In this document: positions 9,699-17,991 of the stretch, in pieces
How the letters are laid out: the number at the start of each line of letters is the position of its first letter
Position numbering within the stretch: position 1 is the first letter of the stretch
Origin: Pedosphaera sp.
GTDB lineage: Bacteria; Verrucomicrobiota; Verrucomicrobiia; Limisphaerales; SIBH01
Assembly (NCBI GenBank): GCA_031414955.1
Contig: JANOQV010000023.1
Span: 1 to 48,065 of the forward strand
Length of the DNA: 48,065 nucleotides
Reading direction: 5' to 3'
Translations under genes and position numbers: made by a program
The notes under the pieces: generated by a model
The model's database searches: none
Seen by the model: the letters and a program-made list of their open reading frames with translations, nothing else
What the model was told of the DNA's origin: nothing

Positions 9699-12600
9699 AA
9701 CCTCTTCGGTTGATGCTCGCGGCGTTCCTGGTTCTGGCCTGTGACCGTGTGGTTGCCGCCGGGCCAGTCGCCGCCTCCGCGCCCGTCCAGTCCAGTGCCT
9801 CTGCGGCTGGAAGTTCCTTCAATCCACTGTTCAGCGCGGACGGCCAGCATCTCGTCTTCGTCAGCCACGCCAACAACCTCGTGACCAATGACGACCTGGG
9901 CCTGTCGCTGGATGTGTTCGTGCGCGACTTGGTGAACAGCAATACGGTTCTGGTGAGTGTGAGCACGAACGGCACGGGCGGCGCGAACTGGGACGCGAAT
10001 TATCCGAGTATTTCCTCGAACGGGCAGTTCATCGCCTTCGCCAGTCGGGCCAGCAACCTCGCGCCTGGCGACGCCAACGGCGCGATGGATATTTTCGTGC
10101 GCGACGTGAGCGCCGGAATCACGCGACTCGTTAGCGTGGATGTGAGCGACCGCGCGCCGTTTGATCCGACGCCCTCCTCCATCGTCCCGCTCTCCGGCAA
10201 CCCGATGATCTCCGGCGATGGCCGCTGGGTTTTCTTCGAGAGCCGGGCGACGAATCTCGTGGCCGGCGGCGCGCCTCTGGGGAGCGTGAACATCTACGCG
10301 CGCGACACCTGGTCGAACCTCACGGTGCTGGTCTCCACGACGGCGACCGGTAATGCCGCGGGTGGCAAGTGTGAACTAGCCGGCCTCGCGGCGGACGGAG
10401 GAACGGTCGCGTTCATCACCACGGACACCGCCATCATGGCCGGCGTGTCCAACACCGGCGCAGAGGTTTATGTGCGGCAGTTGCAACCGCCGTTCACGAT
10501 CTGGGCCAGCAGCAACGCCGCCGCCAGGGTGGGCTTCCCGTATTCCTGCGGCGGCGCGGCCTTGAACGCCGGAGGCCGCTACGTGGCGTTCACAGCCGGT
10601 GGCCTCACGAACTTCGTCTTCCGGCGCGACTTGCTGACGGGCGCGCTCATCCCGCTCAATCTTTCCTCCAACATCGGTTCCAGCGGCGTGCAGATTTCCG
10701 ACGACGGCAGCCGGGTGCTGTTCGACCTAAACAACAGTGTGTATGTGTGGCGGGAGGAAGCAGGGACTGCGGTGAGAATTGGTCGCACCGAGACTGGCTG
10801 TGGGCCGGAGGGTGCCGCCGGCGGGCCCGACACGACTTACAAAGCTTCTCTCGGCGCGAGCGGCGGTCATGTGTCGTCCTGGAGCAGTTGCGAACCATAC
10901 TCGCTCACTTATTTTCGCCATGATTTACTCACTGGCACCAACAGATCGCTGTTCGTGCCATCCGACGGAGGGAGTCTGAACGCCACCACGGTTCTTTCCC
11001 CTTCGGGAGAAACAGTGGCGTACAGCCATCCCGCCGGTTATGTGGTGCCCAACGATCTGAACGGCGCGAGCGACGTCTTCCTGCGCAATATTGATGCGGG
11101 GGTGACAGAACTCATCTCCAAGGCTCAGCCCGCAAAACCCACCACCACTGCGCTGGCTCGCTCGACCCTCGGCCCGAACAGCATCAGCGCCGACGGTCGC
11201 TATGTCGTTTTCACCAGCTTCGATGATCCCTCCGCCTTCCGTGACACGAATGGTTGGAGCGATGTCGTGCTGGCTGACTTGCTGACCGGCACCAGGCGCT
11301 CGCTCACGTTGGACACCAACATCTTCGGCCAGCCGTTCTACGTCGAGAACACCAACGCCTACGGCAGTCCGATCATCAGCGGGAATGGGTCGGCGTTCGC
11401 CGCTCTGCGGCTGGGCAACCTTAGCCTCATTAACCTCCTGGCGGCACCGACTCAGATCGCGCTGGCCGGGGCTTTTCGCAACTTCTTCGGCCAGGAACCA
11501 AACGGCACCTACACCGCGCCCTCCTTGAGCGCCGATGGCGACCTGCTCGCATTTCACAGCACGGCCACGGATTTTACCGAGGATGCGGACAACAACAATG
11601 CGCTCGATGTGTTTGTGCGTTACCGCCCCGGCGTCACGAATCCGAACTATGCCTATCTCATCACCTCGAACTTCCTGATCAGCCGGGCCACGAACGGCGC
11701 GATTACTGGCAACCGCATCTCGACCAAACCACTGGTCAATGCCGACGGGCGCTGGCTGGGGTTCTTGAGCATGGCGAGCAATCTGGTGCAGAACCCGACG
11801 CCGGACCTGGCGTTTCCCGCTCAACCCAACTGGGCTTATCCGGCGCTGCAACTGGTGGTGGGCGACCTTGGCACCAATCGTCTCGCCAGCAACTTCCTCG
11901 CGCAATTCACGCGGCGGCTGTGCAGCTACACGATCTGGACCAATGCATCCCCGTGGAATCCGAATCCCGAGCAACCCAACACCGTGCTGCGTCCGTTGAC
12001 CAACGAGGTGGCGAGCTTTGTGTTCTCGGCCAATGCGCGCTTTCTTGTGTTTGGCCTCAGCGATGGCAGCGCCATTTACCGCCACGATTTTTCCGGCGTC
12101 AGGACCAATTGGTACGAAGGTTACTTCCAGAGCAATGGATTCACTTACACCCACTTCACCAACTCCGTCGTGTTCGGTGCGCCCAACCTCCTCGTCTGCA
12201 CCAACGGCCGTAATCCCTCGGTCAGCGCCGACGGCAGCGTGGTCGTGTTCGAGCGCGCGCGCGCGAATTCCAATCTCACGGACTTGTTCGCCACGGACCT
12301 GACGCTTGGCGAAGAAACGCTGGTGAGCGCGACCCCGACCGGTTTCCCGGCCAATGGCTCGTCGAGTCTGGCGCAAATCAGCCCGGATGGCCGCTACGTC
12401 GTTTTCCAAAGCGCGGCCAGCGATCTGGTGGGCATCGATACGAACAAGGCATCCGACATTTTCGTTCGCGACCGTTGGCTCGGCGTCACGTTGCTGGTCA
12501 GTGGCAATGCCTCCGGGTTGCCGGGCAACGGTCCCTCCACGCGACCGGTCATGGCGGCAGACGGCCGGACGGTGGTCTTCCAAAGTTTCGCCAGCGATCT

Positions 12601-13033
12601 CGTGAGCGGCGATTACAACGATCAGCGCGACCTCTTCGTGCTCAAGCTCGGTGGCGCGGACAGGGACGGCGACGGCTTGGACGACGATTGGGAGGTGGCC
12701 TACTTCGAGAATACCTCTCGCAACGGCTCGGGCGATTTCGACGGGGATGGATCGAGCGACTCGCAGGAGTTTCTCGCTGCCACGGATCCGACGAATGCAG
12801 GTTCCATCTTCCGCGTGCTGACGGTTTCGCCGGCGGGTGGAGGGGGCAAGCTGCTGTTCTGGACGGGCAATCCGGCCCGCAGCTACCGCGCCGAGTCTAA
12901 GGATGACCTGAGCGCGGCCAATTGGACGGCGTTGCCGGGAACCAACTTTTGGAACGGCACCACCGCCAGCATCTTGGACTTCAGCGCCACGAACAGCGTG
13001 CATCGTTATTACCGGGTGGTGCGGCTGCCCTGA
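9695..13033 (+). CDS. Secreted TolB-like/PD40 beta-propeller repeat protein with DxDGDG repeats and C-terminal R-YYR domain
   Basis: Signal peptide; many S(A/S)DGR.V.F.S.A.NLV..D.N...D(V/I)FVRD repeats; DRDGDGLDDDWE; ends HRYYRVVRLP; ATGA overlap with the upstream gene. Confidence 0.85.
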   Translation: MKPLRLMLAAFLVLACDRVVAAGPVAASAPVQSSASAAGSSFNPLFSADGQHLVFVSHANNLVTNDDLGLSLDVFVRDLVNSNTVLVSVSTNGTGGANWDANYPSISSNGQFIAFASRASNLAPGDANGAMDIFVRDVSAGITRLVSVDVSDRAPFDPTPSSIVPLSGNPMISGDGRWVFFESRATNLVAGGAPLGSVNIYARDTWSNLTVLVSTTATGNAAGGKCELAGLAADGGTVAFITTDTAIMAGVSNTGAEVYVRQLQPPFTIWASSNAAARVGFPYSCGGAALNAGGRYVAFTAGGLTNFVFRRDLLTGALIPLNLSSNIGSSGVQISDDGSRVLFDLNNSVYVWREEAGTAVRIGRTETGCGPEGAAGGPDTTYKASLGASGGHVSSWSSCEPYSLTYFRHDLLTGTNRSLFVPSDGGSLNATTVLSPSGETVAYSHPAGYVVPNDLNGASDVFLRNIDAGVTELISKAQPAKPTTTALARSTLGPNSISADGRYVVFTSFDDPSAFRDTNGWSDVVLADLLTGTRRSLTLDTNIFGQPFYVENTNAYGSPIISGNGSAFAALRLGNLSLINLLAAPTQIALAGAFRNFFGQEPNGTYTAPSLSADGDLLAFHSTATDFTEDADNNNALDVFVRYRPGVTNPNYAYLITSNFLISRATNGAITGNRISTKPLVNADGRWLGFLSMASNLVQNPTPDLAFPAQPNWAYPALQLVVGDLGTNRLASNFLAQFTRRLCSYTIWTNASPWNPNPEQPNTVLRPLTNEVASFVFSANARFLVFGLSDGSAIYRHDFSGVRTNWYEGYFQSNGFTYTHFTNSVVFGAPNLLVCTNGRNPSVSADGSVVVFERARANSNLTDLFATDLTLGEETLVSATPTGFPANGSSSLAQISPDGRYVVFQSAASDLVGIDTNKASDIFVRDRWLGVTLLVSGNASGLPGNGPSTRPVMAADGRTVVFQSFASDLVSGDYNDQRDLFVLKLGGADRDGDGLDDDWEVAYFENTSRNGSGDFDGDGSSDSQEFLAATDPTNAGSIFRVLTVSPAGGGGKLLFWTGNPARSYRAESKDDLSAANWTALPGTNFWNGTTASILDFSATNSVHRYYRVVRLP

Positions 13034-13049
13034 ACGGATGGCGGGGCCA

Positions 13050-13079
13050 CCGGGCAACCCATCGCCCGGGAATTTTTTC
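13050..13079 (+). terminator. Possible intrinsic terminator
   Basis: CCGGGC-loop-GCCCGG hairpin followed by AATTTTTT after the beta-propeller gene. Confidence 0.35.
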
Positions 13080-13123
13080 TAGGCACGGGTTGGTTTCCCC
13101 TCCACATTCCCGCCTCTTAATTT

Positions 13124-14413
13124 ATGGACGTAAAGCTTCCGAATCTGGGTGAAGGCGCTGACAGCGGCACGGTTGTCGGCCTCCTGGTGAAACCCGGCGC
13201 GCAGATCAAAAAAGGCCAGAGCATCATCGAGTTGGAGACGGGCAAGGCGGTCGCGCCCATTCCGTCCCCGGCGGCTGGCATCGTGGCGAGCATTCGCGTC
13301 AAGGAAGGGGACAAGATTTCGGTCGGCTCGGTGATCTTGAGTCTGGATGAAGTCACCGGGGTGACCGCCACCGCCACCGCCGTCGCCGCCCCGGCTCCGG
13401 CGGAGCGAAAAGCTGCGAAGCCCGCGCCGCGCCCGGCCCAGCCTGCACTGGAAGCGGATGCCCCGGCGGATGTCAGCGTGGACGAAATCGTGAACGAGAA
13501 TCCGGTCGCCTCACCCTCGCTCCGCCGGACGGCGCGTGAACTCGGTCTCGACTTGCGCAGGATTCAAGGCCGCGAAAGTGGCGGGCGCATCGTGTGGGAA
13601 GATGTGCGCGATTACGTTGCGCGTCTGCAACGGCTGGCCGTCGAGCAGGCTCCAGCCAAGTCCGGCCCATCGGCGGCGGCACCGGTCGAGAAGTTGGATT
13701 TCTCGCAGTGGGGTTCGATCTACAAACGTCCTGTGACGCCGCTGCGCAAGGTCATTGCCCAGCGCATGACTGAGAGCCGTCAGTTCATTCCCGAAGTCAC
13801 GCAGTTCGACGAGGCGGATGTGACCGTGCTCAACGAGTTGCGCAAGAAGTATGCGCCCGCCTATGAGGCCAGGGGCGCGCGTCTCACGCTGACTTCGTTC
13901 GTGCTCAAGGCCGTGGCGGCCACGCTGAAGAAGCATGCGGTCTTCAGCGCCAGCTTGGATGAGGCGGCGGGCGAAATCGTGTTCAAGGAATACTGTCATC
14001 TCGGGCTGGCCGTGGACACCGAGGCGGGCCTGCTCGTGCCGGTGATTCGCGACGCGGATAAGAAGGATTTGGTCCAGCTCTCAAAAGACATCGCCGAGGT
14101 GGCGGCCAAGGCGCGCGACCGGAAGCTCGGCCTGGAGGACATGCGCGGCGGCTCGTTCACCATCTCGAACCAGGGCGGCATCGGGGGCGCGCACTTCACG
14201 CCCATCATCAACCGGCCCGAGGTCGCCATCCTGGGGCTCGGACGCAGTGCGCTGAAGCCCGTGGTGCGCGAAGGCAAGATCGAGGTGCGACTCATGATGC
14301 CCATCGCTGTGGCCTACGATCATCGCGTCATCGATGGCGGGGCGGCGGCGCGCTTCACCGTGGATTTGGTGAGCGCCTTCCAGTCGTTTGCCGAGCAGGA
14401 CGTCAAAATTTAA
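13124..14413 (+). CDS. 2-oxo acid dehydrogenase E2 (dihydrolipoamide acyltransferase, likely PDH-type)
   Basis: Lipoyl domain (LETGKA), E3-binding segment (ASPSLRRTARELG), catalytic TISN.GGIG and DHRVIDG. Confidence 0.93.
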   Translation: MDVKLPNLGEGADSGTVVGLLVKPGAQIKKGQSIIELETGKAVAPIPSPAAGIVASIRVKEGDKISVGSVILSLDEVTGVTATATAVAAPAPAERKAAKPAPRPAQPALEADAPADVSVDEIVNENPVASPSLRRTARELGLDLRRIQGRESGGRIVWEDVRDYVARLQRLAVEQAPAKSGPSAAAPVEKLDFSQWGSIYKRPVTPLRKVIAQRMTESRQFIPEVTQFDEADVTVLNELRKKYAPAYEARGARLTLTSFVLKAVAATLKKHAVFSASLDEAAGEIVFKEYCHLGLAVDTEAGLLVPVIRDADKKDLVQLSKDIAEVAAKARDRKLGLEDMRGGSFTISNQGGIGGAHFTPIINRPEVAILGLGRSALKPVVREGKIEVRLMMPIAVAYDHRVIDGGAAARFTVDLVSAFQSFAEQDVKI

Positions 14414-14431
14414 TTCCCCCTGATTTTCCAA

Positions 14432-15850
14432 ATGGAACCTACAAAAGCAGAAGTGATCGTGATTGGCGCCGGACCCGGCGGATACGCGGCGGCCTTTTAC
14501 GCGGCGGACAAAGGCAAGAAAGTCATCCTCCTCGAGCAGGACAAGAACCTCGGTGGCGTGTGCCTGAACCGCGGCTGCATTCCCTCCAAGGCGTTGCTCC
14601 ATGCCACGCATCAGATCAGCGGCGCGCGGGAATCAGCCCACCGTGGCATCACCTTTACGGAGCCGACGATCGATCTCGGCAAGCTGCGCGAGTGGAAGAA
14701 TGGCATCATCACCAAGCTGGCCGGCGGGGTGGCCATGGTGGCGCAAAAGCGCGGCGTGCAAGTTCTCCAGGGGCGGGGCTATTTCGAGGACGCCAGGACG
14801 CTGCGCGTGGAAACAGCGGACGGACAAAAGTTTTTCAATTTCGATCAGGTGATCGTGGCCGTTGGCTCCAAGCCGGCCTTGCCCAAGATTTTTGATCTCG
14901 GCAATCCGCGCATCATGACTTCGACCGAGGCGTTGAACATCGAGGACATCCCGGAGAACTTGCTCGTTATCGGCGGCGGCTACATCGGCATGGAACTGGG
15001 CACCGTCTATGCCTCGCTTGGTAGCAAGGTCACGGTGGTCGAGGCGTTGGAGGCAATTTTGGCCGGCGGCGATCCCGACCTGGTGCGCCCGGTGGTGAAG
15101 TATGCGGAGAAGAATTTCCGCGAGGTGCGCTTGAAGACCAAGGTCACAAAGATGGCCACGGTCGGCAAACAGATCAAAGTCAGCACCGAGCAGAATGGCG
15201 AATCGAAGGAGGAACTTTTCGATCGCGTGCTGGTCTCGGTCGGTCGCGTGCCCAACGCCGATGATCTCGGTTTGCAAAACGCCGGGATCGAGCGGGACGA
15301 ACGCGGCTTCATCAAGGTGAACCCGCAACAGCAGACCAACGTGCCGGGCATCTACGCCATCGGCGACATCGCGGGCGGCGTGATGCTGGCCCACAAGGCT
15401 TCGCGCGAGGCGCGGGTCGCGGTGGAGCACATCGTCGGCGAAAACACTTCCTTCGAGAACGTCATCATTCCCGCCGTCGTGTTCACCGATCCTGAGATCG
15501 CGTGGGCCGGCCTGACCGAGAGCGAGGCGAAGGCCAAGGGCATTGAGATCGAAGTGTCCAAGTTCCCGTGGGGCGCTTCCGGCCGCGCGATCAGCTTCGA
15601 CCGCATCGACGGCTTGACCAAGCTCATCATTGATCCGCAATCCGAGCGCATTCTGGGCGTGGGCATCGTGGGGCACGGCGCGGGCGAACTGATTGCCGAG
15701 GCGGTGGTGCTGATCGAGATGGGCGCGACGGTCGAGGATCTGGCGCTCTGCGTGCATCCGCACCCGACCGTCTCGGAGACCTTGATGGAGGCGGCGGAAG
15801 TTTTCTTCGGCACGGCCACCCATACCTACACGCGTAAGCGGACGGAGTAA
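14432..15850 (+). CDS. lpdA: Dihydrolipoyl dehydrogenase (E3)
   Basis: GAGPGGY, GGVCLNRGCIPSK redox disulfide, GGGYIG, HPHPTVSE. Confidence 0.96.
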   Translation: MEPTKAEVIVIGAGPGGYAAAFYAADKGKKVILLEQDKNLGGVCLNRGCIPSKALLHATHQISGARESAHRGITFTEPTIDLGKLREWKNGIITKLAGGVAMVAQKRGVQVLQGRGYFEDARTLRVETADGQKFFNFDQVIVAVGSKPALPKIFDLGNPRIMTSTEALNIEDIPENLLVIGGGYIGMELGTVYASLGSKVTVVEALEAILAGGDPDLVRPVVKYAEKNFREVRLKTKVTKMATVGKQIKVSTEQNGESKEELFDRVLVSVGRVPNADDLGLQNAGIERDERGFIKVNPQQQTNVPGIYAIGDIAGGVMLAHKASREARVAVEHIVGENTSFENVIIPAVVFTDPEIAWAGLTESEAKAKGIEIEVSKFPWGASGRAISFDRIDGLTKLIIDPQSERILGVGIVGHGAGELIAEAVVLIEMGATVEDLALCVHPHPTVSETLMEAAEVFFGTATHTYTRKRTE

Positions 15851-16098
15851 TTCCTGCGGCCGGCGCGGCCCGGCGGAGGCGTTCCAATTGTGTCGCTGTC
15901 CTCCCGGGGCAGCTTCGCCCTGCGATCGGCCATGCGGCCTCGCCGGTGGAACTGGTCGGCCGTCGCCCGTCCGCTTCCATCCCGCCGTCCCTGGGGCCGG
16001 ATGCTCGGGAGAGTTTGCCTCCGGCAAAATAACAGTTGAATCCCGCGCCCGTCCGCCTCCTTATTTCGCTGCGACCCACGGGCGCATGTAAACTCAAA

Positions 16099-17439
16099 GT
16101 GAAACCAACAGACCTTCGCGGCATCTTGCAGTACATCCCGCGCTTTCGCGAAAAAGTCTTCGTGCTCAGTCTCGACGGCGCGATTGTCACGGACGAAAAC
16201 TTTTCCAACTTCCTCCTCGATGTGGCGGTGCTCCGCTCCCTGAACATCAGGGTCATCATTTGTCACGGCGCGGCGGCCCAGATTCGCGCCCTGGCCGAGC
16301 AGCAAGGAGTGAAGGCGTCCGACACGGACGGTTCGGGCATCACCGACGCGGAGACGTTGAAGCTCGCCCTCACGGCGGCCAACCGGTTGACGCACGAAAT
16401 CCTCGAAGGCTTGAGCGCGAACGATCTGCGTGCCGCCTCCACCAACGCCATCGTCGCCCACCCGATGGGCATTCTTGGCGGGGTCGACCACCTCTTCACC
16501 GGCAAGGTGGAGCGCGTCGATACCGAGATGCTGCTCACCTTGCTGAATCAGGGCATCGTGCCCGTGGTTCCGCCGCTCGGCTTCGACGGCGAGGGCAAAA
16601 CCTATCGCGTCAATTCCGACCACATGGCTGTAGCCATCGCCGAGGCCGTCAAGGCCACGAAGGTCATTTTCATCACCACCTACGACGGCCTGGCCGATCG
16701 CGGGCAACTGATCCGCCAGATGCTGGCCAGCGATTTGGAGAAAGTGCTGGCCGACAAGAAAAACGAACTCACGCCCGAGATGTTCTCCAAAGCCACTCAT
16801 GCCGCCGTGGCTTGCCAGGCCGGCGTGCCCCGCGTGCATATCATCAACGGGCGCGTGGATGAGGGGTTGCTCGCGGAAGTGTTCTCCAACGAAGGCATCG
16901 GTACACTGATTTACGCCAACGAGTACCAGCAGATTCGTCGCGCCCAACGGAAAGACATCCGCAGCATCCAGCAACTGACCAAGCAGGGCATGGAGACCAA
17001 CGAACTGGTCAAACGAACCCGGGCGATGCTCGAGAAGCAACTGAACGACTACTGGATTTTCGAAATCGACAAGCACACCGTGGCCTGTGTGGCGCTGCAT
17101 GTTTTTCCCGAGCAGAACAAAGGCGAACTGGCTTGTCTCTACGTCAGCCCGTCCCACGAAAACCAGGGCATCGTCCGCAAGCTGATTCAATTTGTCGAGA
17201 AGCAGGCGCGCGAGACGGGTTTGAGCGAACTGCTCACTCTCTCCACCCAGGCCTTCACCTACTTCCAGTCCAAGGGCGGCTTCAGCGAAGGCACGCCCGA
17301 CGACTTGCCACCCGCCCGGCGCGAGAAGTACGACTCCGGCGGACGCAAATCCAAGGTGCTGGTGAAGAAGTTGGGCAGCGAAGCCACGCCTGGCACCCCG
17401 CCGACCAGGCCGGTCCTGGCCACCTTGCCGCCGGCATAG
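16099..17439 (+). CDS. argA: Amino-acid N-acetyltransferase (N-acetylglutamate synthase; AAK plus GNAT domains)
   Basis: GTG start MKPTDLRGILQYIPRFR; GVDHLFTGKVERVD, GVPRVHIING..LLAEVFS..GIGT, GELACLYV. Confidence 0.9.
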   Translation: MKPTDLRGILQYIPRFREKVFVLSLDGAIVTDENFSNFLLDVAVLRSLNIRVIICHGAAAQIRALAEQQGVKASDTDGSGITDAETLKLALTAANRLTHEILEGLSANDLRAASTNAIVAHPMGILGGVDHLFTGKVERVDTEMLLTLLNQGIVPVVPPLGFDGEGKTYRVNSDHMAVAIAEAVKATKVIFITTYDGLADRGQLIRQMLASDLEKVLADKKNELTPEMFSKATHAAVACQAGVPRVHIINGRVDEGLLAEVFSNEGIGTLIYANEYQQIRRAQRKDIRSIQQLTKQGMETNELVKRTRAMLEKQLNDYWIFEIDKHTVACVALHVFPEQNKGELACLYVSPSHENQGIVRKLIQFVEKQARETGLSELLTLSTQAFTYFQSKGGFSEGTPDDLPPARREKYDSGGRKSKVLVKKLGSEATPGTPPTRPVLATLPPA

Positions 17440-17991
17440 CATTGGAGTGGGGACGTCTCCTCCGTGCCGAAACAACTCCAGCATCGTCTCGCGGCTGATG
17501 GCACCGGTCTGCGGGGCTGCCACGATGTTCAGAATCTCATGCCAGGAGAGTCCTCTGGCGGAGCAGCGGTGCACAAATCGAGGTTGACCTCTTCCGTGGG
17601 CACATAGTCCGAGGAGGCTGTGGCCTTTCATCGAGTTTGACGCCGCCTTGATGAAAGAGGCATTCTCTCCAGGTAGTTTCATGAAACCGTTTTCACCCTG
17701 CGTGATCCCTATGGTCGTGTTCTGTTCAAAACACGCCGCCGAACCGGCGCAACCTGCCAAACCCAGCCTCCCTCCCATCGCGGCGGGCGACCGGAACATG
17801 GATTTTAACCTCGCGGCGTCAGAAGCAAGTTCCCATCAGATTCCGAACCAACACCGCCAGGGGCTTGAGCCTGAACTCCACCTGCGCCGACACGCATCCT
17901 CCGCAAGGCTTCTTCCGCATCCGGCCGGTGGATCAAAAACTCCAGGCCGGGCGGCGGGAGAAGGTTTCGAATTCCAAACGATCAAGTATTC

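Noticed and set aside
10925..13057. 710-aa minus-strand ORF, and similar long antisense ORFs (1366-2910, 15826-17799, 22042-24441, 30727-32598, 37593-39206)
   Set aside because: Shadow frames of well-supported genes, expected in high-GC DNA; no family motifs
17440..17991. ncRNA or small gene in the 550-bp gap after argA
   Set aside because: Only short hairpins (e.g. TTTCATC..GATGAAA) and motif-less ORFs; nothing I can support
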